From Anaerolineae bacterium (GTDB taxonomy: Bacteria; Chloroflexota; Anaerolineae; UBA1429), in the NCBI GenBank assembly GCA_963675785.1, contig OY776562.1, positions 64,001 through 128,000 of the forward strand: a stretch of 64,000 bases of DNA, read 5' to 3'. Under the pieces are notes generated by a model. That model did not search any database. It was not told where the DNA came from and worked only from the letters and a program-made list of their open reading frames with translations. The translations under genes were made by a program, and so were the position numbers. Positions 38,832 through 50,233 of this stretch are shown piece by piece. Numbering within the stretch: the first letter of the stretch is position 1; the number at the start of each line of letters is the position of its first letter.

Positions 38832-40505
38832 ATGTTGCGTAACAAAAAGCTTTATGCACTGATTGCCGTCGTTATGGCTGTAACGACAGTGCTCACTGCG
38901 TGTTCCCCCAAGAGTGCCACAGTTGGCGACGACCCGGCTCTCGAAGTCTATTTGAACTATAATATTAGCACAGAGCCCCCGACGATTGACCCGAACTTGG
39001 CTACTGACACCACGTCGAACATGGTCATCCAGCAGCTTTTCTTGGGGCTCACGGATTATGACGACACGACTTTGGACGTCATCCCCGAACTCGCCACAGA
39101 ATGGTCAGTTTCGGACGACGGCCTAGTCTGGACGTTCACCATGCGTGACGACATTTACTGGGTGCATTACGACCCCGAGACCAAAGAAGTCGAGAAGAAG
39201 GACTCTGTTACTGCTAATGACATCGTCTATAGCGTACAGCGTACTTTGAACCCCGAGACGGCTTCGGACTATGCCTATGTTGACTATATCATCGCTAATG
39301 CCCTTGAAGTCAACACTGCTGAGAGCACTGATCTTTCCAGCATTGGTGTGCGTGCAGTCGACGATTACACCGTCGAATTCACCCTCACCCAGCCAGCTGG
39401 TTACTTCCCTGGCATCGCTGGTATGTGGGTCAACCGCCCGCTGCCCCAGACCGTCATTGAAGAGTTCGGTGATGAGTGGACTGAGCCTGGTAATATTTGG
39501 ACCAACGGCCCGTACCTCTTGGACACTTGGGAGCATCAGAACAAGATTATCCTGGTCAAGAACCCGTTCTACTATGATGCTGACAACGTTCAGATCGGCA
39601 CTGTGAACTTGTATATGGTTGTTGAAGAGTCCACAGCGTTCTCTATGTACGAGAATGGTGAGTTGGATGTTGCTAGCCCGCCGCTTGATGACATGGATCG
39701 CGTTAAGGCTGATCCGACCCTTTCGGCCGAGCTTTACACTGCTCCTTCGCTCTGTACTTATTACTATGGCTTTAACACCGAAAAAGCTCCGTTTGATAAT
39801 GTTCTGGTCCGCCAGGCATTCTCTTACGCCATTGACCGCCAGAAGCTGATCGACACTGTCACCAAGGGTGGCCAGGTGCCTGCCAAGAGCTTTGCTTGCC
39901 TCGGTATCTTTGGCTCACCGTCGACAGACGATAGCTACGAGGGTGTCTACTATGATCCCGAAAAGGCTCAGGCTCTGTTGGCCGAAGCCGGTTACCCCAA
40001 TGGCGAAGGTCTGCCCGAGATCACGTTGATGTACAACACCAGTGAAGGTCACCAGAAGATTGCTGAATTCGTCCAGCAATGCTGGAAGGATGTCCTTAAC
40101 GTCGAAGTTACCTTGGCTAACCAGGAATGGGCCGTCTTCCTTGACACCGTTAACGAAGATGCCCCGCAGATCTATCGTTCCGGTTGGTGTGCGGACTATC
40201 CTGATGAGAACAACTGGGTTACTGAAGTATTCCATCCCGAGATTGGTTCTAACGATACCAATTGGTCGGTGGATGATCCTCTTGCCCAGGAGTTCATGCA
40301 GGTTACTGAGGATGCCGCTGCGGCTTCAGATCCTGACGAGCGCGTCGACCTTTACTATCGCGCTGAGGAAATCCTCTGCGTCGATGCTGCTATCATCGCG
40401 CCAGTCTACTACTACACCACGGTTGTTTGCACCAAGCCGTATGTTGAGCGCACCTACTCTCCTTTGGGTGGTGAGCATTTCAACACATGGACCGTCAACC
40501 GCTAG
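38832..40505 (+). CDS. oppA: Oligopeptide ABC substrate-binding lipoprotein
   Basis: Lipobox LTAC, family-5 SBP motifs, NGPY, GWCADYPD. Confidence 0.9.
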   Translation: MLRNKKLYALIAVVMAVTTVLTACSPKSATVGDDPALEVYLNYNISTEPPTIDPNLATDTTSNMVIQQLFLGLTDYDDTTLDVIPELATEWSVSDDGLVWTFTMRDDIYWVHYDPETKEVEKKDSVTANDIVYSVQRTLNPETASDYAYVDYIIANALEVNTAESTDLSSIGVRAVDDYTVEFTLTQPAGYFPGIAGMWVNRPLPQTVIEEFGDEWTEPGNIWTNGPYLLDTWEHQNKIILVKNPFYYDADNVQIGTVNLYMVVEESTAFSMYENGELDVASPPLDDMDRVKADPTLSAELYTAPSLCTYYYGFNTEKAPFDNVLVRQAFSYAIDRQKLIDTVTKGGQVPAKSFACLGIFGSPSTDDSYEGVYYDPEKAQALLAEAGYPNGEGLPEITLMYNTSEGHQKIAEFVQQCWKDVLNVEVTLANQEWAVFLDTVNEDAPQIYRSGWCADYPDENNWVTEVFHPEIGSNDTNWSVDDPLAQEFMQVTEDAAAASDPDERVDLYYRAEEILCVDAAIIAPVYYYTTVVCTKPYVERTYSPLGGEHFNTWTVNR

Positions 40506-40521
40506 GGTAGTATCGTAATCG

Positions 40522-40560
40522 AAGACAGCCACATGGCCCGTGGGTCGTGTGGCTGTTTTT
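40522..40560 (+). terminator. Terminator after oppA, followed by a possible internal extended -10 (TGTGCTATAAT, 40587-40597)
   Basis: ACAGCCACATGGCCC / GGGTCGTGTGGCTGT + T tract. Confidence 0.75.
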
Positions 40561-40664
40561 ATAGAGTTTCTCTGCCAGGCAGTCACTGTGCTATAATGCC
40601 CCTACGTTGAATCTCACTTGAGGCGAACGCACAAGTGCTTGCGGAGGGAGAATTAAGGTAAAAT

Positions 40665-41615
40665 ATGGGTCGATATATAATGCGTCGTGTCTTGGACATG
40701 ATCCCAGTGCTCCTCTTTATTTCCATCATTACTTTTGCACTGGTTCATGCTGTTCCCGGTGGTCCTTTTGACCGCGAAAAACCTCTGCCTGCAGAGATTC
40801 AGGCCAACCTCAACAAGTATTATGGGCTCGACCAACCCCTTTGGAAGCAATACACCGACTATATGGGCTTTACACGGAATCCGTCGGGTGAGTTTTCGGG
40901 CATCATCCAGGGTAATTTTGGCCCTTCCTACACTTCGCGTACTCGCGGAGTGAACGAGATTTTTGCTGACCACCTACCAATCTCTGCGCAGTTAGGTTTT
41001 TGGGCTCTTGTTGTAGCCCTGGGCATCGGTATTCCTCTGGGTGTACTTGCAGCTCTTAAGCAGAACACTTGGATTGACTATCTCTCAATGGGCATTTCAA
41101 TTTTTGGTGTCTCGGTACCGAGTGTAGTTTTGGGCCCTTTGTTCATCATGATTTTTGCACTTGGCCTAAAGTGGCTACCTGTGGCTGGTTGGGGTGAGAG
41201 CTGGACCCAAGTCATCATGCCTTCAGTCGTTCTGGGCCTTGGTAACTCTGCCTTAATTGCCCGATTGACACGTGCTAGCATGCTTCAAGTGATTCGCGAG
41301 GATTATATCCGCACTGCTCGCGCCAAGGGCTTGAGTGAGAAGATTGTTGTAGTACGTCACGCAATGAAAAATGCTTTTATCCCTGTGGCTACTATTCTCG
41401 GCCCCATGTTTGCGGCTTTGTTAACTGGCACCCTTGTCATTGAACAGATTTTTGCTATTCCGGGTATGGGCAAATACTTTATCACGAGTATTACGCAGCG
41501 TGATTACCCCGTTGTAATGGGTACTACGTTGCTTTATGCCATATTCCTGGTTATCGCTAACTTGTTTGTTGACATTACCTATGCTTTCTTGGATCCACGA
41601 ATTGAGTACAGCTAG
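40665..41615 (+). CDS. oppB: Oligopeptide ABC permease
   Basis: PGGPF, DYIRTARAKGL, RDYPV, DPRI. Confidence 0.92.
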   Translation: MGRYIMRRVLDMIPVLLFISIITFALVHAVPGGPFDREKPLPAEIQANLNKYYGLDQPLWKQYTDYMGFTRNPSGEFSGIIQGNFGPSYTSRTRGVNEIFADHLPISAQLGFWALVVALGIGIPLGVLAALKQNTWIDYLSMGISIFGVSVPSVVLGPLFIMIFALGLKWLPVAGWGESWTQVIMPSVVLGLGNSALIARLTRASMLQVIREDYIRTARAKGLSEKIVVVRHAMKNAFIPVATILGPMFAALLTGTLVIEQIFAIPGMGKYFITSITQRDYPVVMGTTLLYAIFLVIANLFVDITYAFLDPRIEYS

Positions 41616-41629
41616 GGAGGCTGGAACAT

Positions 41630-42694
41630 ATGACTCGTCAAGAACGAGCGGCAAAAAAGCTAGCCTCTGGAGCTGACGCCGCAACTGGAACTACACAAAA
41701 ACCTGACAGCTTGTGGGCAGATGCCTTTCGACGTTTGGCAAAGAACCGTGCTGCTATAGTCGGCTTGGTTATCATCGTGCTCATGGTGTTGGTTGCTATC
41801 TTTGCGCCTCTTGTTGCACCTTATAGCTATACCAACGGCGACTCTGCTGAAGCTCGCATGGTGCCTCTGTGGCTAGCGCACCTTATGCCGGGCAACATGG
41901 AAGATTATGCTCAGATCGGCGACAAGTTTCCTATCGGATCGGATTATCTGGGGCGTGATTTGCTTTCCCGCGTTATCTACGGGGCTCGTGTTTCGCTGCC
42001 TGTTGGCTTTATGGGGGCCTTTATCGCTCTTGTGATTGGTCTCGTGTATGGCTCCATTTCGGGCTACTATGGTGGTAAGGTAGATAACTTTATGATGCGC
42101 ATTGTAGACATCATGTATGCCTTCCCCACCATGCTGCTCATCATTTTGCTCATGGCCTTTTTCAAAACAAGTTTTGGTGGAGAAGCCGACCCTGGCTCTG
42201 CTGCAGCCGTGTTCAATGCTATCAATAATGCTGTGGACTCTTTCCTTGGTTTGAACGGCGGTGGTATGCTCTTTATCTTTATGGGCATTGGTATCACTGC
42301 ATGGATGGGCACAGCACGACTTGCCCGTGGCCAGATTCTCTCGTTGAAGCAAAAAGAGTTTATCGAGGCTTCACGTATGATCGGTGCCCGGGATGGACGC
42401 ATTATCGTGCGCCATGTTTTGCCTAACATCATTGGGCCAATCCTTGTTAGTGTTACTCTTGCTATTCCTGGCTTTATCAACACTGAGGTCTTTCTATCCT
42501 TCATCGGTCTTGGTGTGGATGCTCCAACGCCGAGCTGGGGTTCCATGATCTCTGATGGCGCCAAGTCTTTGCGTTCGTATCCTCATGAGGTCCTTGCCCC
42601 GGCTCTTGCCTTGGCAGTTCTCATGTTTGCCTTTAACTTTTTGGGTGATGGCCTGCGCGATGCTCTTGATCCGCGTATGAAGGGCACTTCGTAA
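41630..42694 (+). CDS. oppC: Oligopeptide ABC permease
   Basis: GSDYLGRD, EFIEASR..GA, GDGLRDALDPR. Confidence 0.92.
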   Translation: MTRQERAAKKLASGADAATGTTQKPDSLWADAFRRLAKNRAAIVGLVIIVLMVLVAIFAPLVAPYSYTNGDSAEARMVPLWLAHLMPGNMEDYAQIGDKFPIGSDYLGRDLLSRVIYGARVSLPVGFMGAFIALVIGLVYGSISGYYGGKVDNFMMRIVDIMYAFPTMLLIILLMAFFKTSFGGEADPGSAAAVFNAINNAVDSFLGLNGGGMLFIFMGIGITAWMGTARLARGQILSLKQKEFIEASRMIGARDGRIIVRHVLPNIIGPILVSVTLAIPGFINTEVFLSFIGLGVDAPTPSWGSMISDGAKSLRSYPHEVLAPALALAVLMFAFNFLGDGLRDALDPRMKGTS

Positions 42695-42708
42695 AGGCTG
42701 GATAATTG

Positions 42709-44346
42709 ATGGTGTCATCGGGTAGCAGCAAACAGAGTATTTTAAAGCTTGTACTCACACTGGGGTTATTGGTAGGTTCTCTGTCCGGCTGCGGACTGGA
42801 CGGTTTGTTGTCGCTACCCGATGATGGCACTGAACAGAATACCGTAACTTCTGATGCTACGCTTCGTGTGTATGGGAGTCTTCCCCCTACGTTGGATCCG
42901 GCGATGGCTCAGGATGCTACTTCGGCTGAGTATATTGTTCATCTGTTCAGTGGCCTTGTTCGCTTGAACGCGGATATGGAAGTGGTGGCTGATCTTGCTT
43001 CTGAATGGTCGTTGAATGATGCGGGTGATGTCTATACTTTTACAATTCGAGATGATGCCTGTTTCGCCGATGGTCGTTCAATAACGGCAGAGGACATCTT
43101 GTACTCTTGGGAACGTGCTCTTTCACCAGAGCTTGCTTCGCCTGTAGCTCTCAGCTATCTGGGAGATATCCGCGGTGCTGTGGAATATGCTACTGGCGCC
43201 TCCGCGGAGGTAAGTGGGATCTATGTTACCGGAACCCACGAATTGCGTGTCGAACTCAACGAGCCGCGTTCTAGTTTTATCTCTTGTCTCACGTATCCTG
43301 TCGCTTTTGTGGTGGACAGTGAGCAAATCGAGAGTGAGGGCGCTCGGTGGTTTGTGGATCCCAATGGTAGTGGACCCTTTGTACTGGAAAGCATTTCTGC
43401 AGAAAAGCTAATTCTTGAACGTAACGGGAATTATTACGGTCCGGAAGTAAGCTTGGATCATGTCGAGTATCTGGTCGGTAGCGGTTATCCTGTCACGCAA
43501 TATGAGACTGGCGAGTTGGACATTGTACCGATACCGGCCGATGAGTTGGAACGGTTACTTGACCCGGCGAATGACCTCTCGGATCAAGTAGTTGGTTCAG
43601 CAAGCCTGGATATCCAGTATATTGGGCTCAATGTCGAGAAGGCTCCTTTCGACGATCCTCTGGTAAGGCAAGCCTTTACTGAGGCTATCGATCGTGAGCG
43701 AATTGCGGAACAGATTCTCAAGGGGATAGGGGTTGAGGCACTGGGAATTTTGCCTCCAGGCCTATCGGATTATAACGAGAATCTGCAGAGTATTCCTTAT
43801 GATCCTGAGCATGCCCGTGAGCTTCTTGAGATGTCGAGTTATGGAGGTGCCGAAGGGTTACCGCCCATTGTTCTTGCCGAAAGCGGCACGAGTGGATACC
43901 TTGACGATATTGCTGCTGCCGTGATCGAACTACTTGAAGAAAACCTTTCAATTGAGGTTACAGTGGAACAGGTCGAGTGGAGCGATTTTTTAGACGATCT
44001 CACCGAGATGCGCTATCAAATGTACTTTACAGGTTGGATCGCAGATTATCCAGATGCTGATAATTTTCTCGATTTGTTGTTCTATTCAAGCAGTAGCCGG
44101 AATCACACGGGATATGCAAATACCGAGGTGGATTCACTCCTTGATGCGGCTCGATCCGAACAAGATGCCAATGTTCGGCGTGGCCTATATCAAGCGGTAG
44201 AGCAGATTATTGTAGATGATGCAGCATGGATCCCTCTCTATCACAGTTATAACTATTACCTTGTTAGCCCTCGCGTAAAAGGTTATCAGGGACAAGCAGT
44301 AGTTTATCCGTGGTTGATGGATATTGAACTGGCGGATGCCAGTTAG
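42709..44346 (+). CDS. Second family-5 substrate-binding lipoprotein
   Basis: Lipobox LSGC, TLDPA, GSGPF, GWIADYPD. Confidence 0.88.
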   Translation: MVSSGSSKQSILKLVLTLGLLVGSLSGCGLDGLLSLPDDGTEQNTVTSDATLRVYGSLPPTLDPAMAQDATSAEYIVHLFSGLVRLNADMEVVADLASEWSLNDAGDVYTFTIRDDACFADGRSITAEDILYSWERALSPELASPVALSYLGDIRGAVEYATGASAEVSGIYVTGTHELRVELNEPRSSFISCLTYPVAFVVDSEQIESEGARWFVDPNGSGPFVLESISAEKLILERNGNYYGPEVSLDHVEYLVGSGYPVTQYETGELDIVPIPADELERLLDPANDLSDQVVGSASLDIQYIGLNVEKAPFDDPLVRQAFTEAIDRERIAEQILKGIGVEALGILPPGLSDYNENLQSIPYDPEHARELLEMSSYGGAEGLPPIVLAESGTSGYLDDIAAAVIELLEENLSIEVTVEQVEWSDFLDDLTEMRYQMYFTGWIADYPDADNFLDLLFYSSSSRNHTGYANTEVDSLLDAARSEQDANVRRGLYQAVEQIIVDDAAWIPLYHSYNYYLVSPRVKGYQGQAVVYPWLMDIELADAS

Positions 44347-44374
44347 ATTTTGATAATGACGCTGGGAGGCATGA

Positions 44375-45343
44375 ATGGCACCATTGCTTCAGGTAAAAGA
44401 CCTGCGAACAGAGTTTCACACTCAAGATGGAGTGGTGAACGCCGTGAACGGGGTCGGATTTGATCTCGGGGAAGGCGAGACACTCGGCGTAGTTGGCGAG
44501 AGCGGTTGTGGCAAGAGCGTCACCATGCTCTCTATCATGCGTCTGGTGCCCAGTCCTCCTGGCGAAATTGTGGGCGGTCAAGTTCTCTTTGAGGGGCAAG
44601 ATCTGCTCAAACTCAAAGATGAAGAGATGCGCAAGATTCGAGGGCATCGAATGGCCATGATTTTTCAGGACCCCATGACTTCACTCAATCCCGTGCTTAC
44701 TATTGGCCGACAGTTGGGTGAGGCTCTGGAATTGCATCTTGGTATGGATAAGGATCAGGCTCGTGAGCGCTCGATTGAGCTGCTAGAGATGGTCAATATT
44801 CCTGAGGCAAGAGGGCGTATTGACAGCTATCCCCACCAGTTTTCGGGTGGTATGCGTCAGCGCGTGATGATTGCCATGGCTCTTTCTTGTAATCCGCAGC
44901 TCTTGATTGCTGATGAGCCAACAACAGCCCTCGATGTGACCATTCAGGCCCAGATTGTCGATATCATCAAAGATCTGCGTAAAGAACTGGGTATGGCCAT
45001 TATCTGGATCACCCACGATCTTGGTATTGTCGCGGGGCTTGTGGATAGGGTTCAGGTTATGTATGCAGGCACTGTTGTAGAACGCGCTGCGGTCAAAGAG
45101 TTTTACGCTCATCCCAAGCATCCATATTCGCTGGGCCTTCTCAACTCTTTGCCTCGACTTGATGCGGACACACATCAACGGCTTGAGCCGATCAAGGGTC
45201 TTCCCCCTGACTTGCTGCATTTGCCAGTGGGATGCCCCTATTATGATCGTTGCGATTACCGTTTGCCCAAGTGCCTGGAAGAGCGCCCTCAGCTTCGTGA
45301 GGTGAGTACTGATCATGTAATCGCTTGCTGGGTGGACGTATAG
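44375..45343 (+). CDS. oppD: Oligopeptide ABC ATPase
   Basis: [25 protein letters not shown]. Confidence 0.93.
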   Translation: MAPLLQVKDLRTEFHTQDGVVNAVNGVGFDLGEGETLGVVGESGCGKSVTMLSIMRLVPSPPGEIVGGQVLFEGQDLLKLKDEEMRKIRGHRMAMIFQDPMTSLNPVLTIGRQLGEALELHLGMDKDQARERSIELLEMVNIPEARGRIDSYPHQFSGGMRQRVMIAMALSCNPQLLIADEPTTALDVTIQAQIVDIIKDLRKELGMAIIWITHDLGIVAGLVDRVQVMYAGTVVERAAVKEFYAHPKHPYSLGLLNSLPRLDADTHQRLEPIKGLPPDLLHLPVGCPYYDRCDYRLPKCLEERPQLREVSTDHVIACWVDV

Positions 45344-45357
45344 AGGAGACCAGATAT

Positions 45358-46344
45358 ATGAGCGCGACTGACAACATTTTGCTTGAGGTTGAAGGCCTCA
45401 AGATGTACTTTCCAATTACCCAAGGCATTGTTTTCCAGCGGCATGTGGGCGACATCAAGGCTGTGGATGGACTTAATTTTTTTATCAAGCAAGGTGAGAC
45501 TCTGGGCCTTGTGGGCGAAAGCGGTTGTGGCAAATCAACCACGGGTCGTGCCATCCTTCAACTCTACCAACCAACTGCGGGCTCGGTTCGCTTGAAGGGT
45601 GAAGATCTGGTGACGCTCAAGGGCGAAGATCTTCGCAAAAAGCGTCGCGAGATGCAGATGATTTTTCAGGATCCCTATGCATCTTTGAATCCGCGTATGA
45701 CTGTTGGTGGCATTGTTGGTGAGCCTCTTGAAGTACACAACCTTATGCCCGCCAACGAACGGCGTGCACGCGTTCAGGAGCTGCTCGAGATCGTGGGGCT
45801 GAACCCCTACTTTGTCAATCGCTATCCCCACGAGTTTTCGGGCGGTCAGCGGCAGCGGATTGGTGTGGCTCGCGCTTTGGCGGTCCAACCCGAATTTATC
45901 GTTTGCGATGAGCCTATCTCAGCTTTGGATGTTTCTATCCAGGCGCAGATCATCAACCTGCTCGAAGACCTGCAGGATCAGTTTGGCCTGACGTATCTGT
46001 TCATCGCCCATGACTTGTCTGTGGTGCGTCATATTAGCGATCGTATCGCGGTGATGTACCTTGGTAGGTTGGTTGAGTTGGCGGATCGCGCAGATCTCTA
46101 TTTGAGCCCACTACATCCTTATACGCAGGCGCTACTCTCGGCTGTGCCTATCCCGGATCCGGTCATTGAGGAATCGCGACAGCGCATTATTCTTCAAGGT
46201 GATGTGCCCAGTCCGGCCAATCCCCCCAGTGGGTGTAATTTCCGAACACGCTGTCCGGTGGCGATGGAAATTTGTGCTGAAAAAGAACCCGAGTGGTCCG
46301 AAGTTAAACCTGGTCACTGGTGTGCTTGTCACCGCGTCAAATAA
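45358..46344 (+). CDS. oppF: Oligopeptide ABC ATPase
   Basis: [24 protein letters not shown]-terminal Cys motif. Confidence 0.93.
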   Translation: MSATDNILLEVEGLKMYFPITQGIVFQRHVGDIKAVDGLNFFIKQGETLGLVGESGCGKSTTGRAILQLYQPTAGSVRLKGEDLVTLKGEDLRKKRREMQMIFQDPYASLNPRMTVGGIVGEPLEVHNLMPANERRARVQELLEIVGLNPYFVNRYPHEFSGGQRQRIGVARALAVQPEFIVCDEPISALDVSIQAQIINLLEDLQDQFGLTYLFIAHDLSVVRHISDRIAVMYLGRLVELADRADLYLSPLHPYTQALLSAVPIPDPVIEESRQRIILQGDVPSPANPPSGCNFRTRCPVAMEICAEKEPEWSEVKPGHWCACHRVK

Positions 46345-46356
46345 TCGCATCAACAG

Positions 46357-46388
46357 AAAAGGGCATCTCACAGGAGATGCCCTTTTTT
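46357..46388. terminator. Bidirectional terminator
   Basis: AAAAGGGCATCTC-loop-GAGATGCCCTTTT between convergent genes. Confidence 0.85.
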
Positions 46389-46398
46389 ACTAGTGCCC

Positions 46399-46746
46399 TT
46401 ATTCCTTGGTTTTATCCTGTTCAAAAAGACGAATCAGCACAAAGACCAAGATAACCGATAACCCACCTAGCACCAAGCCACGTGCTAACTTGTGTTTGGC
46501 AACGGCTTTGTAGTCAAAAGTAATCTGTGAACGCTGATTTTCTGCTGCAACGCGCAAATTGGCCTCAAGTTTCTCTCGAAAGGCATCAGGAGCGGTACCA
46601 GCGATTTTGACCTGACCTTGTATTGCATCTTCGACAGGCCCCAAATCGCGTGGGCGTAGAATACCGGCCTTTTCAAGCCGTACGCGTGCTTTGTTGTGTA
46701 AGGATTCTAGTTTGGTGGAAGCAGGCCGATTCTTGAATTCTTGCAT
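46399..46746 (-). CDS. Small protein with C-terminal TM helix (candidate anti-sigma factor)
   Basis: Start/stop overlap with the sigma gene; P..FRE.L motif; one TM helix. Confidence 0.6.
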   Translation of the reverse strand: MQEFKNRPASTKLESLHNKARVRLEKAGILRPRDLGPVEDAIQGQVKIAGTAPDAFREKLEANLRVAAENQRSQITFDYKAVAKHKLARGLVLGGLSVILVFVLIRLFEQDKTKE

Positions 46747-47312
46747 CAGAGATCAAGCCCTCTCTTTATCATGCTCTTGCGCAGAGCAAGGAGCGTGCGG
46801 TGGTAGAGCGATTTGATCGCCCCTTCGGATTTGCCCATAATCTCGCCTATCTCTGCGTTGCTGAATCCCTCGATAAACTTGAGAAAGATTAACTCTTGGC
46901 GTCGGGCATCTAGTTCTTGTATGGCTTCATTTAAATACTCGTTGTCATCATCAATTAACGTAATTGTCTCTGGCCGGGTTTCATGTCGATCGGGCAGAAT
47001 GAGGGCATCGATAGATACCGTTGGGCGGCGCTTGTGATCACGGTGCCAGTTCGAGAGAAGATTATGCGCAATGCGATATAGCCAAGCCGAAAAAGGATAG
47101 CCCTTATCTTCATAGCTTTGAATGTGTGAGAGGGCCCTAAAGAATGTACGGGATGTGATATCCTCGGCATCATGCACGTTGCCGACGCGGTGATAAATAT
47201 ACCGATAGATGCGATCCACATAGAGGGCGTAAAGCTCGCCAAAAGCATCGGGATCTTGTTGCGCTCTTGAGACAAGCTCTCGCTCGTCAGTTGTGTTTTC
47301 CTCGATGCCCAT
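46746..47312 (-). CDS. ECF sigma-70 factor
   Basis: AF.ELY, DAEDI, FSAWLYRIAHN, EIGEIMGKSEGAIKS. Confidence 0.92.
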   Translation of the reverse strand: MGIEENTTDERELVSRAQQDPDAFGELYALYVDRIYRYIYHRVGNVHDAEDITSRTFFRALSHIQSYEDKGYPFSAWLYRIAHNLLSNWHRDHKRRPTVSIDALILPDRHETRPETITLIDDDNEYLNEAIQELDARRQELIFLKFIEGFSNAEIGEIMGKSEGAIKSLYHRTLLALRKSMIKRGLDL

Positions 47313-47514
47313 GGCAGAATACCCTTCTCTCTCTGAAAACCCGCAAGGCTGCTAAAAGTTGCATCACTCTGCGAATCACGCATAGTCTATCAAAACCAAG
47401 AGGTTGCTCCAAGTTTTGGGGTACGGATTCTGGCTGGCAACGTTGACATATGCTATTAGCGTGTCTTATAATGGCGCCAGTACTCTGGGGACATGAGGCA
47501 AAGGAGGCGCTTGG

Positions 47515-48045
47515 ATGTCGCCCAATCAAAAACAAGATCTTTGGCCAAAGTGGATGTGGATTGCTGCGCCTGTTCTGGTCGTTGTGGTTACAGTCGGGCT
47601 TTGGTGGGCCATCATCCCGCGTGACTCTGACGGCGCGGATGTAGATCCTACTGCCACAGCGCAGGCTTTGGCAGATCAGCCAACGCAAGCACCAACACTT
47701 GTCAGCACGCTTTCGGCATTGCCGACGACAACTGCAGATGTTCCTGTGCTGCCGACTGTTGGTTCCCCAAGTGCTGAGGCTGCTGCCACACCTTCTGCTG
47801 CGCCGACCGTAGATGCAGGTATCGTGATCGGTGATGATGTTGAGGTGTCTGGCACCAGTGGTGTTCTGAACATGCGCGATGGCGCTGGCACCAGCTATTC
47901 GGTGGTTGGTACCCTTTCGGAGGGGGCCATAGTCGAAGTAGTTGGCGGTCCGCAAACGGCTGACGGCTATACCTGGTTCCAGGTTCGTACAGATGATGGT
48001 ACGGTTGGCTGGGCTGCCGACGATTGGCTGGAAGAAGTCAAGTAG
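47515..48045 (+). CDS. Membrane-anchored SH3-domain protein with P/T/A linker
   Basis: N-terminal TM helix; LNMRDGAGT...W.QV...GW. Confidence 0.82.
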   Translation: MSPNQKQDLWPKWMWIAAPVLVVVVTVGLWWAIIPRDSDGADVDPTATAQALADQPTQAPTLVSTLSALPTTTADVPVLPTVGSPSAEAAATPSAAPTVDAGIVIGDDVEVSGTSGVLNMRDGAGTSYSVVGTLSEGAIVEVVGGPQTADGYTWFQVRTDDGTVGWAADDWLEEVK

Positions 48046-48058
48046 GAGAACCGCTAGT

Positions 48059-48093
48059 AAAAGAGCGGAGATACACTATCTCCGCTCTTTTTT
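48059..48093 (+). terminator. Intrinsic terminator
   Basis: AAAAGAGCGGAGATA / TATCTCCGCTCTTTT. Confidence 0.85.
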
Positions 48094-48141
48094 GTTGTCC
48101 ATTGCGCAGAGGGGGCGCTCTGCTAGAATGTATATAAATAG

Positions 48142-50226
<2,085 letters not shown>

Positions 50227-50233
50227 GGCGGCA

